A stretch of 41,411 nt of DNA from Clostridia bacterium (GCA_027314765.1 DAHVAF010000260.1:1-41411), one strand, 5' to 3'; counted from the stretch's first letter, positions 16,649 to 27,035 are shown. Translations and numbers: made by a program. Notes: generated from the letters alone by a model not told the origin.

Positions 16649-17679
16649 TGCCCACCCCCACGCAGACCGTCGTTCAGCAGCATGCGCTCGCCGGGCGGCA
16701 GAAGGCCGCCGCGCTCATGGTGACGCTAGGGCCGGAGTTCGCCGCCCAGGTCTTCCGCCACCTGAAGCAGGACGAGATCGAGCAGCTGACGCTGGAGATG
16801 GCCGCCATGCGCCGCGTCGACCCCGAGGTCAAGGACGACGTGCTGCGCGAGTGCCGCGACCTGATCATGGCCAAGGACTACATCCAGTCCGGCGGCCTGG
16901 ATTACGCGCGCGAGGTGCTGGAGCGCGTGTTCGGCAGCGGCCGCGCCGGCGAGATCATCGACCGGCTGACCGCCACCCTGCAGGTGCGCCCCTTCGAGTT
17001 CGCGCGCCAGTCCGACCCCTCGCAGGTGCTGAACTTCATCCAGCACGAGCACCCGCAGACCATCGCCCTGATCCTGGCCTACCTCAACCCGCAACAGGCC
17101 TCGACCATCCTCTCGGCCCTGGAGCCGGAGCAGCAGGTCGATGTGGCCCGGCGGGTCGCCAGTATGAACAACACCTCGCCCGAGGTGGTCAAGGAGGTCG
17201 AGCGGGTGCTGGAGCGCAAGTTCGCCTCGCTCGTCACCGAGGGCATGGCCCGCGCAGGCGGCGTCGACACGGTGGTCGCCGTGCTCAACCACGCCGACCG
17301 CGCCACGGAGAAGCGCATCCTCACCACCCTGGAGACCGAGGACCCGGAGCTGGCGCAGTCCATCCGCAAGCGGATGTTCGTCTTCGACGACCTGACCCTG
17401 CTGGATGACCGTTCGCTGCAGCGGGCCATGCGCGAGGTCGACCTCAACGGCGACATGCCGCTTGCCCTGAAGGTCGCCGGCGATGAGGTCAAGACCAAGA
17501 TCATGAAAAACCTCAGCAAGCGCGCCGGCGAGATGCTGGCCGAGGCCATCGAGTTGCTCGGCCCCGTGCGCCTGCGCGAGGTCGAGGACGCGCAGCAGCG
17601 GATCGTGGCGGTCATCCGCCACCTGGAGGACGAGGGCGAGATCGTCATCTCCCGCGGGAAGGATGAGATCATTGTCTAA
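16648..17679 (+). CDS. fliG: Motor switch protein FliG
   Basis: QKAAALM, EHPQTIALIL, MFVFDDL, GPVRLREVEDAQ. Confidence 0.97.
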   Translation: MPTPTQTVVQQHALAGRQKAAALMVTLGPEFAAQVFRHLKQDEIEQLTLEMAAMRRVDPEVKDDVLRECRDLIMAKDYIQSGGLDYAREVLERVFGSGRAGEIIDRLTATLQVRPFEFARQSDPSQVLNFIQHEHPQTIALILAYLNPQQASTILSALEPEQQVDVARRVASMNNTSPEVVKEVERVLERKFASLVTEGMARAGGVDTVVAVLNHADRATEKRILTTLETEDPELAQSIRKRMFVFDDLTLLDDRSLQRAMREVDLNGDMPLALKVAGDEVKTKIMKNLSKRAGEMLAEAIELLGPVRLREVEDAQQRIVAVIRHLEDEGEIVISRGKDEIIV

Positions 17680-18391
17680 GGTCCTCGTCCCACCCCAAAT
17701 CGTGCCGGCGGCTGCGCCGCAGCCGCCGGTCCGAGCACCCCACCAGCCGCAGCCCCGCACCCCGCGGGATACGCAGCCCGATCCGCGGCGGGCCAAGGCG
17801 GCGCCCGCCCTGTGGCAGAACCTGGCGCCGAGGGCGCCGGGCTCCCCCGCGCCCAAGCCGCTCGATCCGGTCGAAACGGCGCGCGCCGAGGCGGATGCGA
17901 TCGTGGACCAGGCTCGCGCAGAAGCGGACCGGGTCCGCGTGCGGGCCCAGGCCCAAGCCGTGGCCGACGGCCGCCAGAAGGCCCGCGCCCAAGCTCGCCT
18001 CGACGTGCGGCGGCTGACACGGCAGGCCCGGTCGCTGGTCCGGGAGGCGCGCGCGCTGCGCGAGCAGGCCCTGGCCCAGCTCAGCGACGACGTGGTGGAG
18101 ACCGCGGTGACCCTGGCCAAGGCGGTGCTCGCGCGCAAGGCGGAGCAGGGCTGTGAGGACCTGCGGCAGCTGGCGCTGCAGCTGATCGCGGAGGCACGCC
18201 AGCCCCGGCGGCTGCAGGCGCATCCCGCCGACGCGCCTTCCCTGGAAGGGGTCGGCGTGCCCGTGGAGGCCAGCGCGGCCATCGCCCGGGGCGGCCTGCT
18301 GCTGCAGGCGGCGGACGGGGAGCGCGACGCGCGCCTGGAGGCGCGGATCGCCCGCCTGGAGGCCGTCCTCAAGGCAGGTGAGCCGCGGTGA
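17672..18391 (+). CDS. fliH: Flagellar export protein FliH, divergent
   Basis: Lies between fliG and fliI; MSKVL start, coiled-coil region, HPAD and GG..DARLEAR C-terminus. Confidence 0.75.
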   Translation: MSKVLVPPQIVPAAAPQPPVRAPHQPQPRTPRDTQPDPRRAKAAPALWQNLAPRAPGSPAPKPLDPVETARAEADAIVDQARAEADRVRVRAQAQAVADGRQKARAQARLDVRRLTRQARSLVREARALREQALAQLSDDVVETAVTLAKAVLARKAEQGCEDLRQLALQLIAEARQPRRLQAHPADAPSLEGVGVPVEASAAIARGGLLLQAADGERDARLEARIARLEAVLKAGEPR

Positions 18392-19722
18392 CGGTCGAGG
18401 AGACGGTGCTCGCCACGCGGGAGCGCCTCGCGCAGATGCGGCGCGCGGCCGAGGGCCTGCGGCCCGTGGTCCGGGCGGGGCGCGTGACGCAGGTCGTTGG
18501 GCTCCTGATCGAGTCGGAGGGTCCCGATCTCGAGATCGGCGACCTCTGCGAGCTCGGTGGCTCGGTCCTGGCGCAGTGCGTCGGCTTCCGCGAGGACCGG
18601 GTGTTGCTGATGCCGCTGCACGAGGTGGCTGGGCTCTCTGCCGGCGCCCGCGCCGTCGCCCTCGGGCGCAGGCTCCGCGCCCCCTGCGGCCCATCGATGC
18701 TGGGGCGCGTGATCGACGGCCTGGGGCGGCCCCTGGATGGCGGGCCAGTGCCTGACCCTGAGGAATGGCGGCCGACGGAGGCCGAGGCGCTCGCGCCACT
18801 GGCGCGAGCTCCCATCGAAGCGGCTTTGCCGGTCGGGGTCCGCGCCGTCGACGGCTGCCTGACGTGCGGGCGCGGCCAGCGGCTCGGGCTCTTCGCCGGC
18901 AGCGGCGTGGGCAAGAGCACCCTCCTCGGCATGCTGGCCCGCGGCACGGCGGCGGACGTGAACGTCATCGCGCTGGTCGGCGAGCGTGGCCGCGAGGTCG
19001 GGGAGTTTTTGCGCGACGACCTCGGGCCGGAGGGGCTGCGGCGGTCGGTCGTGGTCGTCGCCACCTCGGAGCGGCCGGCCCTGGCCCGCATCCAGGCCGC
19101 CCTGGCCGCCACGACCATCGCCGAGGCCTTCCGGGATGCCGGCAAGCAGGTGCTGCTGCTGATGGACTCCCTGACGCGCTACGCGATGGCGCTGCGCGAG
19201 GTGGGGCTGGCCAGCGGCGAGCCGCCGACGAGCCGCGGCTACACGCCGTCGGTGTTCGCGGCGCTGCCGCGGCTGCTGGAGCGGTGCGGCTCGTCGGCCG
19301 CGGGCGGCATCACCGGCTTTTACACCGTGCTCGTCGAGGGCGATGACATGAACGAGCCGATCGCGGATGCGGCCCGCAGCATCCTCGACGGCCACATCGT
19401 GCTGAGCCGGGCGCTGGGGGAGGCCGGGCACTTCCCGGCGATCGATGTGCTGCAGAGCGTCAGCCGGCTGATGCCGCGGCTCTGCGACCCCGAGCACCTG
19501 GCGGCGGCGCGGCGGGTGCGGCAGGTGCTGGCCACCTACCGCCAGGCCGAGGACCTGATCGACGTCGGGGCCTACAAGCCCGGGGCCAACGCGGACATCG
19601 ACCGCGCCGTGGCCCTGATCGGCCCCGTGCGCGCCTTCCTGCGCCAGGACGTGCAGGACAGGAGCGCCTGGTCGGACACGCGGGCCGCCCTGATGGCGGC
19701 CGTGCGGGAGGGGAGCGCATGA
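18388..19722 (+). CDS. fliI: Flagellar export ATPase FliI
   Basis: GLFAGSGVGKST, GERGREV, LLMDSLTR, GEPP..RGY, ILDGHIVL. Confidence 0.97.
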   Translation: MTVEETVLATRERLAQMRRAAEGLRPVVRAGRVTQVVGLLIESEGPDLEIGDLCELGGSVLAQCVGFREDRVLLMPLHEVAGLSAGARAVALGRRLRAPCGPSMLGRVIDGLGRPLDGGPVPDPEEWRPTEAEALAPLARAPIEAALPVGVRAVDGCLTCGRGQRLGLFAGSGVGKSTLLGMLARGTAADVNVIALVGERGREVGEFLRDDLGPEGLRRSVVVVATSERPALARIQAALAATTIAEAFRDAGKQVLLLMDSLTRYAMALREVGLASGEPPTSRGYTPSVFAALPRLLERCGSSAAGGITGFYTVLVEGDDMNEPIADAARSILDGHIVLSRALGEAGHFPAIDVLQSVSRLMPRLCDPEHLAAARRVRQVLATYRQAEDLIDVGAYKPGANADIDRAVALIGPVRAFLRQDVQDRSAWSDTRAALMAAVREGSA

Positions 19723-20171
19723 CGGCCTTCCGGTTCCGGTTGCAGCGCCTGCTGGAGGTGGCCGCCGCCCTGCGCCTGGCGCGGGAGGCGGAGCTGGCCC
19801 AGGCCCAGGCGGTGCGGCGCGCCGCCGAGGCCGAGGTCGCAGCGGCCGCGGCCGGGGTGGCGGCCGAGGAGCGCCGCCACGAGGAGGCGGGCGCATCTGT
19901 CCTCAGCGCGGCGGAGTTCGCGTGGAGCCAGATGGCCGTCGCGGCGGCAGGCCGCGTGCTGGCCGAGCGGGTCGCGGCGGCGCTGGCCGCCGACCGGCTC
20001 GTGCAGGACCGCCACGACGCGTGGCTCGCGGCACGGCAGCAGGAGCAGCGCTACCTGCGCCTCCGTGCTCGGGCCCACGCGCGCTGGCGGCAGATGGAGA
20101 GCGCGGCCGCCCAGGCCGAGCTCGACGACCTCGTCAGCTCCAGACACCGGAGAGGAGGTGAAACAGCCTGA
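19719..20171 (+). CDS. fliJ: Flagellar export protein FliJ
   Basis: FRFRLQRLL N-terminus, coiled coil, QAELDD; position after fliI. Confidence 0.85.
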   Translation: MTAFRFRLQRLLEVAAALRLAREAELAQAQAVRRAAEAEVAAAAAGVAAEERRHEEAGASVLSAAEFAWSQMAVAAAGRVLAERVAAALAADRLVQDRHDAWLAARQQEQRYLRLRARAHARWRQMESAAAQAELDDLVSSRHRRGGETA

Positions 20172-21667
20172 TCGCGACAGCTCCAGCCCCAGTCCCGGCT
20201 CCCGTCCCAGGCTCCGTGGCGGGCGCGCCGGCCGGCGGCGGCAGCGGTAACGCCCATGGCAAGGCCAAGGACCCCATGGCCACGTCCTTTGCTGCCGTCA
20301 TGACGGCCGCGGCGGCGACGAAGCCGCAGCAGGCTCCGGTGCCGCACGCCAAGGGCGGCGGCAAGCCCGGCGCCGCTCCGGCGGCAGGCAGGGTTCCCGT
20401 GTCCGGATCGGGGTCCGCTCCGGCGGGCGCGCCCAATGTGCGGCTTCAGTTCGTTGTGGCCGTCGCGGCCACTCCGGCGGCGGGGCGGCCCGGCGGGAAT
20501 CACGCCGTGCCGGCGCCCGCTGGCGGGTCTTCCGGCGGCTCCGCGGTCACGGTCCCGCTCCAGGCCCGTGGCGCCGCCTCCCTCGGGGCGGCGACGGCGG
20601 CCCCCGGCGCACGGTCCGTGTCCGATCCCGCGGCCGGTCCCGGATCCGGTCCCACGGCCGGCACGGGCAGGGCCCCGGCGCAGGCCGCCAGCACGCCGCA
20701 GGGTCCGGCCCTGCTCCAGGGTGCGGCTCTTTCGCAAGGCGAGCCCTCACCGCGAGGCGCGGCCCCGGGCGCGCCATCCGTCCAAGGCACCGGGTCGGCC
20801 CAGGGGGCCGGGCAGTCTCAGGGTCGGGTCCCCGTGCAGGGCATGGCCCCGGCGGCGGGCACGGCCCTGGCGGCAGGTACCGCACGGACTCAGGGTGCGG
20901 CACCCACGCCGCCGGCGCAGGGCACGACGCCTGCCCAGGGCGCGGCACCGGCCAACGTCCCCGTCCCGATCCAGGGGCCGGCCCTCCTCCGTGCCTCCGA
21001 GTCCGCGCAGAAGGCGCCGCAGCCGGCGGCGCCGTCGCCGCTTCAGCCGCTGGCGGGCGCGCCCGCCGGGCAGGTCGCGCCAACGGGGCACCTCGCCCCG
21101 GTCCAGGTGGCCGCAACCCGTGTACAGGCCCCCAGCCCGAGCCGGACGGCCAGCCCGGGCACAGCGGTCCAGGGCATGCCCCCGGCCGCCGTGGCCTCGG
21201 CCCTCGCGGCGCCCGGCCGCTCCGCCCCGCAGGTCCAGTCCGTCAGGGCACCGCAGCCGCCGGCCATGCCGGCTCCCGCGCCGGCGCCGCAGCCGGTGTT
21301 CTCGGTTCCCAGGAACTCGGGCTCCTGGCAGCTCCAGGTGGCCCCGCCCGGCCTCGGCCCCGTACACATCCAGCTGGATCTCCGGGGCGGGTCCCTTGAC
21401 ACGAGCTTTCTTGTCGGCGACGCCGGGGCCAAGTCGGCCCTGGAGTCCGGCCTGGGTGCCCTCCGGGTCAACCTGGCCGGCCAGGGTGTCAACGTCGGCA
21501 GCCTCAACGTGGGGCTCTCACACGGCGGCGGCGGCCAGGGGGAGGCCCACGGGTCGCCCTACAACCGCGGCGGCCGGCAGGCGCCGCAGCAGCTCCACGC
21601 CGCGTCCCTGAGCCCGGGGCGGTCACCGCCGGCCGGGCGCCGATCCGCCCTCAACCTGCTTGGGTAA
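20168..21667 (+). CDS. fliK: Hook-length control protein FliK; start CTG 20168 or GTG 20216
   Basis: Long Ala/Pro/Gln-rich region, C-terminal LQVAPPGLGPVHIQL..LRVNLAGQG T3S4 domain; position before flgD. Confidence 0.82.
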   Translation: MIATAPAPVPAPVPGSVAGAPAGGGSGNAHGKAKDPMATSFAAVMTAAAATKPQQAPVPHAKGGGKPGAAPAAGRVPVSGSGSAPAGAPNVRLQFVVAVAATPAAGRPGGNHAVPAPAGGSSGGSAVTVPLQARGAASLGAATAAPGARSVSDPAAGPGSGPTAGTGRAPAQAASTPQGPALLQGAALSQGEPSPRGAAPGAPSVQGTGSAQGAGQSQGRVPVQGMAPAAGTALAAGTARTQGAAPTPPAQGTTPAQGAAPANVPVPIQGPALLRASESAQKAPQPAAPSPLQPLAGAPAGQVAPTGHLAPVQVAATRVQAPSPSRTASPGTAVQGMPPAAVASALAAPGRSAPQVQSVRAPQPPAMPAPAPAPQPVFSVPRNSGSWQLQVAPPGLGPVHIQLDLRGGSLDTSFLVGDAGAKSALESGLGALRVNLAGQGVNVGSLNVGLSHGGGGQGEAHGSPYNRGGRQAPQQLHAASLSPGRSPPAGRRSALNLLG

Positions 21668-21688
21668 CGAAGAAAGGGGGGAGCCAGG

Positions 21689-21976
21689 GTGAGCACGCCC
21701 GTGTCGGGCGCAACCGGCGCGCAGAGCGGCGCCAGCGGCAGCAGCAACGGCTTCAACGTCACGGGGCAGCAGTTTCTGCAGCTGCTCGTGGCGCAGCTGA
21801 AGTACCAGAACCCGCTGCAGCCGATGGACAGCACCCAGTTCCTCAGCCAGTTGGCCACCCTGGAGCAGGTGCAGCTCCTGGAGGGGATCCAGACCGACCT
21901 CAACCAGCTGGTCAAGGGGCAGCAGGCGACCGCCTCCGGCACCCAGGGCCAGGGTAGCGGGGGGTCGGGCGGATGA
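21689..21976 (+). CDS. flgD: Hook capping protein FlgD, short form
   Basis: FLQLLVAQLKYQNPLQPMDSTQFLSQLA. Confidence 0.92.
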   Translation: MSTPVSGATGAQSGASGSSNGFNVTGQQFLQLLVAQLKYQNPLQPMDSTQFLSQLATLEQVQLLEGIQTDLNQLVKGQQATASGTQGQGSGGSGG

Positions 21977-22440
21977 GCGGCATCCGGCCGGTCGGGCCGG
22001 CCGCTGGCCTGGGAGCGCCGCCCGCTCAGGGAGCCGGCCGCGACGCCGCCTTCGGCGCCGCGTTCCAGCAGGCCCTGACGGCGCCGCTCCACCTGTCGGC
22101 CCATGCCGCCGAGCGCCTGCGCCAGGCCGGGCTCAGCCTGGGCCCGGAGGATCTGCGCAGCGCCGAGGCGGCCGTGGCGGCGGCGGGGGCCAAGGGCGGC
22201 CAAACCGCGCTGGTGCTCCTCGGATCGCTGGCCCTGGTGGTCAGCGTGCCGAACCGGACCGTGGTGACCGCGATCGACGGCGCCCGGATGGGCCAGGGGG
22301 TCTTCACCGGGATCGATTCCGCCGTGATCGCCAGGGGGCCGGTCCCCGAGCGGGGGGCCCCGGGGCCGCTGAACGACCGAGGCGGCCCGAGCAACGCCCG
22401 GCCAGAAGGGCCGGGCGTCAGGGAGGACACACACGCATGA
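21973..22440 (+). CDS. Flagellar operon protein (TIGR02530-like)
   Basis: LHLSAHAAERL, KGG..ALVL, VSVPNRTVVTAID, VFTGIDSAVI. Confidence 0.85.
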   Translation: MSGIRPVGPAAGLGAPPAQGAGRDAAFGAAFQQALTAPLHLSAHAAERLRQAGLSLGPEDLRSAEAAVAAAGAKGGQTALVLLGSLALVVSVPNRTVVTAIDGARMGQGVFTGIDSAVIARGPVPERGAPGPLNDRGGPSNARPEGPGVREDTHA

Positions 22441-23663
22441 TGCAGTCCATGCAGGCCGCGGTTTCCGGCCTGCAGATGCACGAGATGGCGATGAACGCGA
22501 TCGGCAACAACATCGCGAACGTGGACACGCCCGGCTTCAAGTCGAGCACGGTCGACTTCGCCGAGCTGTTCAGCCAGACGCTGCAGGGCGCCACGGCGCC
22601 CACAGCGACAAGCGGCGGCATCGCGCCGTCCCAGATCGGGCTCGGCGTCACCCTTGGCGGCATCTCCGTCGACACGAGCCAGGGGACGCTGCAGGTCACC
22701 GGCAACAACAACGACCTGGCCATCCAGGGCGCCGGCTACTTTGTGCTCCAGGGCGGGTCGGGCCAGCAGGTGTACAGCCGCGTCGGCAGCTTCGAGACGG
22801 ATGCGAGCGGCCACCTTGTGCAGCAGGGCACGGGGGCCCTGGTGCTGGGCTGGTCCGCCAACAACGGCACGATCACCTCCACCAGCAGCCCGCCGGCGTC
22901 TCTGACGATCCCGCTCGACACGACCATCCAGCCGACGGCGACGACGTCGATCACGTTCGCCGGCAACCTCGACGCGCTCGCCACGCTGGGCACGACGGTG
23001 CCTGTGGGCGAGACCGTCTACGATTCGCTCGGCAACACGCAGACCATCGACGTCAGCTTCACCGCCACGGCCACGCCCGGCACGTGGACCTGGGGCGCCG
23101 GGGCGACGCCGACCTTCACGGGCGGCGGCACCATCACCTTCACCAACACGGGCGCCTTCAACACCGTCAGCGGGACGACGGTGACCAGCGCCGCCACACT
23201 GACCGACGGTGCGGCGCAGATGGTCGTCAACCTGAGCTTCGCCGGCATGACGGACTACGCCCAGTCCAGCTCGGCGGCGGCGCCCGACCAGAACGGCAGC
23301 ACCGCGGGCGGACTCGAGTCCTGGACGGTGGACAAGGCCGGCAACATCACAGGCTCGTTCACCAACGGCCGGACGGAGCTGCTGGGGCAGGTCGCCCTGG
23401 CCAACTTCGCCAACCCGGCCGCCCTGACCCAACTGGCGGATGGCTCGCTGCAGGTGAGCAACGACTCGGGTACGGCGCAGATCGCCACGGCCAACACGAA
23501 CGGCCTCGGCGCGATCCAGGCCGGAAGCCTGGAGCAGAGCAACGTCGACCTGAGCAACGAGTTCTCCAACATGATCCAGATCGAGGCGGGCTACCAGGCC
23601 AACGCCAAGGTGATCACCACGGCGAACACGATGCTCCAGTCCCTGATCCAGATGGTGCAGTAG
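22437..23663 (+). CDS. flgE: Flagellar hook protein FlgE
   Basis: IGNNIANVDTPGFK, DLAIQGAGYF, LEQSNVDLSNEF, YQANAKVITT. Confidence 0.95.
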   Translation: MMQSMQAAVSGLQMHEMAMNAIGNNIANVDTPGFKSSTVDFAELFSQTLQGATAPTATSGGIAPSQIGLGVTLGGISVDTSQGTLQVTGNNNDLAIQGAGYFVLQGGSGQQVYSRVGSFETDASGHLVQQGTGALVLGWSANNGTITSTSSPPASLTIPLDTTIQPTATTSITFAGNLDALATLGTTVPVGETVYDSLGNTQTIDVSFTATATPGTWTWGAGATPTFTGGGTITFTNTGAFNTVSGTTVTSAATLTDGAAQMVVNLSFAGMTDYAQSSSAAAPDQNGSTAGGLESWTVDKAGNITGSFTNGRTELLGQVALANFANPAALTQLADGSLQVSNDSGTAQIATANTNGLGAIQAGSLEQSNVDLSNEFSNMIQIEAGYQANAKVITTANTMLQSLIQMVQ

Positions 23664-23674
23664 GCGGATCGGAA

Positions 23675-23700
23675 GGGGAGGGGCCGCATGGCCCCTCCCC
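23675..23700 (+). other. Perfect 11-bp intra-operon hairpin after flgE
   Basis: GGGGAGGGGCC-GCAT-GGCCCCTCCCC with no T tract. Confidence 0.7.
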
Positions 23701-23721
23701 ACCGGAGGAGGAGCAAAGCGC

Positions 23722-24141
23722 GTGCGGATGCTGCGGTTCGTGATCGCGGGGCTGATCGTGGTCGGGGGCGGGTTTGCGGCCTTCCACTTCCTGCAGAAGC
23801 CGGGAGCGGCCAGGGCCGCCGCACCCAAGCCGCCCACAGTGAGCACCGTGGTCCTCGCGCCCCTCACCACCAACCTGGCCGATACCGGGCAGGTCCGGCT
23901 GGTGCAGGTCGGCCTGACGGCCACGCTGGTCGGCGACCAGGCCCAATCGGCCTGGAACACCCACCTGGCGGCCATCCAGGATGCGACCATCGGCGCGCTG
24001 CGGGCGCGGACGGCGGCCCAGCTCAACGGCGCGCAGGCCATGGGCCAGCTGGCCGCCGACCTGGAGGCTGCCTACGACAAGATCCTCGGCGACGCGGGCA
24101 AGGTCCGGGCCATCTACTTCACCCAGTTCGTCGTGCAGTGA
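23722..24141 (+). CDS. fliL: Flagellar protein FliL
   Basis: N-terminal TM segment, TTNLAD, IYFTQFVVQ C-terminus. Confidence 0.9.
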   Translation: MRMLRFVIAGLIVVGGGFAAFHFLQKPGAARAAAPKPPTVSTVVLAPLTTNLADTGQVRLVQVGLTATLVGDQAQSAWNTHLAAIQDATIGALRARTAAQLNGAQAMGQLAADLEAAYDKILGDAGKVRAIYFTQFVVQ

Positions 24142-24152
24142 GGGGTGAGCGC

Positions 24153-25130
24153 GTGAGCGAGGCGCTGAGCCATGAGGAGATCGCGGCGCTGCAGCAGGCC
24201 CTGAAGGCCGGCCGCATCCAAGCGGGGGCGGCCGCGGCGGCCACGCCCAGGGGGCGGGTGCGCCAGTACGACTTCTCGGTGCCGGACAAGTTCAGCAAGG
24301 ATGCGCTGCGCGCGCTGCAGCACCTGCACGACGGGCTCGCGCGCTCGCTGACGACCAGCCTGTCCGCGCATGTGCGCGGCATGATGCAGGTCGATTCGCC
24401 CGTGGTGACCCAGCAGACCTACCAGCAGTTCATCGCCGAGGTCGCGGAGCCGTCGGTGCTGGCGGCGTTCTCGGCGGAGCCGCTGCCGGGCACGGGCGTG
24501 TGGGAGATCGAGGCGCGCATCGCCTTCCCCATCATCGACCGGCTGCTCGGCGGGCCGGGGCATGGGATCGAGGTGCTGCGCTCGCTCACCGAGATCGAGA
24601 TGACCGTCATCCAGCGCGTGGTGAACGTCATCCTCGACCAGTGGCGCGAGGGCTGGGGGCACACGGCTGAGCTGCACCCGAAGCTGCTCAGCCTGGAGAC
24701 AAACCCCCTGTTCCTGCAGATCGCGGGGCCGAACGAGATCGTGCTGGCGGTGGCCTTCGCGGTCCACCTCGGCCCGGACGAGGGTCAGATGCGCCTCTGC
24801 CTGCCCTTCCCCTGCCTGGAGCCGATTCTGTCGCGCCTGGCCATGCGGGCGTGGTCGCAGGGACCGGCGGCCCCGCGGCCGGGCCAGGAGGCCGAGGTCG
24901 CACGGGCCCTGCAGGGGGCGCGCGTGCCCGTGCACGTGGAGCTGGGCCGTGCGCGGCTGCCGCTCTCGACGGTCGTTGCCCTGCAGGCCGGAGATCTGGT
25001 GCCGCTGCCCGTCCCGCTCACGGCGCCCGCGACCGTGTTCGTCGGCGACAGGCCCCGGTTCCACTGCCGGATCGGACGGGTTGGGCGCCGGCTGGCCGTC
25101 GAGATCACGGGCCACGGGGAGGAGGTCTAG
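24153..25130 (+). CDS. fliM: Motor switch protein FliM
   Basis: [34 protein letters not shown] and a C-terminal SpoA domain. Confidence 0.93.
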   Translation: MSEALSHEEIAALQQALKAGRIQAGAAAAATPRGRVRQYDFSVPDKFSKDALRALQHLHDGLARSLTTSLSAHVRGMMQVDSPVVTQQTYQQFIAEVAEPSVLAAFSAEPLPGTGVWEIEARIAFPIIDRLLGGPGHGIEVLRSLTEIEMTVIQRVVNVILDQWREGWGHTAELHPKLLSLETNPLFLQIAGPNEIVLAVAFAVHLGPDEGQMRLCLPFPCLEPILSRLAMRAWSQGPAAPRPGQEAEVARALQGARVPVHVELGRARLPLSTVVALQAGDLVPLPVPLTAPATVFVGDRPRFHCRIGRVGRRLAVEITGHGEEV

Positions 25131-25132
25131 CC

Positions 25133-25876
25133 GTGGAGCAGACGCACCCGGGGGCCGCTTGGGGGCCGATCCTGGCCGCGGCGGCGGCGGAAGCGGGCGC
25201 GCAGGCCCTGGAGTATGCCGGACCCGCCGGCGCGTTGACGGGTGCCGCCGGCGGGGTCGAAGTCGGGGAGGGTATCGCGGCCTCCGGGGCCGAGGGCGGC
25301 GCCATCCAGCTGCCGACGGTCTGCTTCGGGGCTGGCGGCGGGCCCGTCCTTTGGGCGGCGACGGACGATTCCGCCTTCGCGGACGAGCTCTCGCCCTGGC
25401 TCGCGGGCTGCGCGGCCGCCCTTGGCCTGCCGGCGGGCGGGGCGATGGACATGACGCCGCCGCCACAGGACGCCGTGGTCCTGACGTTCCGCACTGAGGG
25501 CGGCGCCACCGCGACCCTGTGGCTCGCCCCGGCGGTCCTCGGCGCCACCGACCCGGTGCCGGCTGATTTCCCGCAGCTGGGCGGCTCGGGCGGCGCGGCC
25601 GCCCCGAGCGCGGGCATCGACCTGCTGCTGGAGGTGCCGATGGTGCTCACGGTCGAGCTCGGGCGCACGGAGCGCCGGATCCGCGACGTGCTGGCGCTGC
25701 AGCGGGGCAGCATCGTGGAGCTCGACCGCCTGGCCGGCGAGCCCGTCGACCTGATGGTCAACGGCCACCTGATCGCCCACGCCGAGGTCGTGGTCGTGGA
25801 CGAGAACTTCGGGGTCCGGATCACGGACATCGTCAGCGCCACGGAGCGGATCAGCCAGATGCAGGGCGGTACGTAG
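25133..25876 (+). CDS. fliN: Motor switch protein FliN, possibly a reduced FliY
   Basis: [46 protein letters not shown]; degenerate ~160 aa N-terminus. Confidence 0.88.
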   Translation: MEQTHPGAAWGPILAAAAAEAGAQALEYAGPAGALTGAAGGVEVGEGIAASGAEGGAIQLPTVCFGAGGGPVLWAATDDSAFADELSPWLAGCAAALGLPAGGAMDMTPPPQDAVVLTFRTEGGATATLWLAPAVLGATDPVPADFPQLGGSGGAAAPSAGIDLLLEVPMVLTVELGRTERRIRDVLALQRGSIVELDRLAGEPVDLMVNGHLIAHAEVVVVDENFGVRITDIVSATERISQMQGGT

Positions 25877-25992
25877 CGGACCGGCGGCCGACCGGCCCGG
25901 CCGGGCTCCGAGACGGCGAATCGGCACGCGCCAAGGACGCGCGTGCGGCCCCCGGCGCAGGACGCGCGGAGGATCCTGAGAGGACGAGCGCG

Positions 25993-26349
25993 TTGCTGGC
26001 AGCCATCTGGGGAATCGTTCGCTTCCTGCTCGCCTTCGCCGTCGTCATCTTCCTGGCGGCGGCAGCCAGCCGCATGTTCGCGGCGCGGGCCCAGGGCGGC
26101 CGCACCGCGCAGCTGCGCCTGCTCGGGGCGCTGCAGCTGGGCGGTGGCCGCGCGGTGGCCGCCGTGGGGGTCGGTCAGCGGGTCCTGCTGGTGGGCGTGG
26201 GCGACAAGCAGGTTTCGCTGCTGATGGCCCTGGACGACGCGAGCGAGCTGCAGCCGCCGGCCGGGGCGCAGAACCCGCCCCTGCTCGGCGCGCTGGATCC
26301 CCGCAGCTTCGCGGCCATGCTGCGGCGGGGGGTGGACCGCCGTGCCTAG
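25993..26349 (+). CDS. fliO: FliO/FliZ
   Basis: N-terminal TM segment, LGGGRAVAAVGVGQRVLLVGV; position before fliP. Confidence 0.85.
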   Translation: MLAAIWGIVRFLLAFAVVIFLAAAASRMFAARAQGGRTAQLRLLGALQLGGGRAVAAVGVGQRVLLVGVGDKQVSLLMALDDASELQPPAGAQNPPLLGALDPRSFAAMLRRGVDRRA

Positions 26350-27010
26350 TGTGCAGGTGACGCTGGGCCAGGCCGGCAACCCCGCCCAGGTCGCCTCGAC
26401 CGTGCAGGTGCTGCTGCTTCTGACCGTGCTGGCGATCGCGCCCGCGGTCCTGATCCTGATGACCTCTTTCACCCGCATCGTCGTGGTCCTCTCGTTCGTG
26501 CGCAGCGCCCTCGCGACGGGCACGATGCCGCCGAACCAGGTGCTGGTCGGGCTGGCCCTGTTCCTGACGCTGTTCGTCATGAATAAGCCCCTCGGCCAGG
26601 TCTACAACCAGGCATGGGTGCCCTACCAGGCCGGGCAGATCTCGCTGCAGACCGCGGTGGATAAGGCCGAGGTCCCCCTGCGCGGCTTCATGCTGGCGCA
26701 GACGCGGCCGTCGGACCTGGCCCTGTTCGTGAAGATGCAGGGAAGCCATCCGGCCACCCCTCAGGACGTGAGCTTCACGGCCCTGGTCCCCGCCTTCACC
26801 ATCAGCGAGCTGAAGACCGCCTTCGAGATGGGCTTTGTGATCTTCATCCCGTTCGTGGTGATCGACATGGTGGTGGCCAGCACGCTGATGTCCATGGGCA
26901 TGATGCTGCTTCCGCCGGTGATGATCTCGCTGCCGTTCAAGGTGCTCCTGTTCGTCCTGGTGGACGGCTGGCACCTGACGATGCAGTCGCTGCTCCTCAG
27001 CTTCCACTGA
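26342..27010 (+). CDS. fliP: Export gate protein FliP
   Basis: MTSFTRIVVVL, PPNQVL, PAFTISELKTAF, MGMMLLPP, LFVLVDGW. Confidence 0.97.
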   Translation: MPSVQVTLGQAGNPAQVASTVQVLLLLTVLAIAPAVLILMTSFTRIVVVLSFVRSALATGTMPPNQVLVGLALFLTLFVMNKPLGQVYNQAWVPYQAGQISLQTAVDKAEVPLRGFMLAQTRPSDLALFVKMQGSHPATPQDVSFTALVPAFTISELKTAFEMGFVIFIPFVVIDMVVASTLMSMGMMLLPPVMISLPFKVLLFVLVDGWHLTMQSLLLSFH

Positions 27011-27035
27011 ACGGGCCCATGGGGGAGGACAGGGC

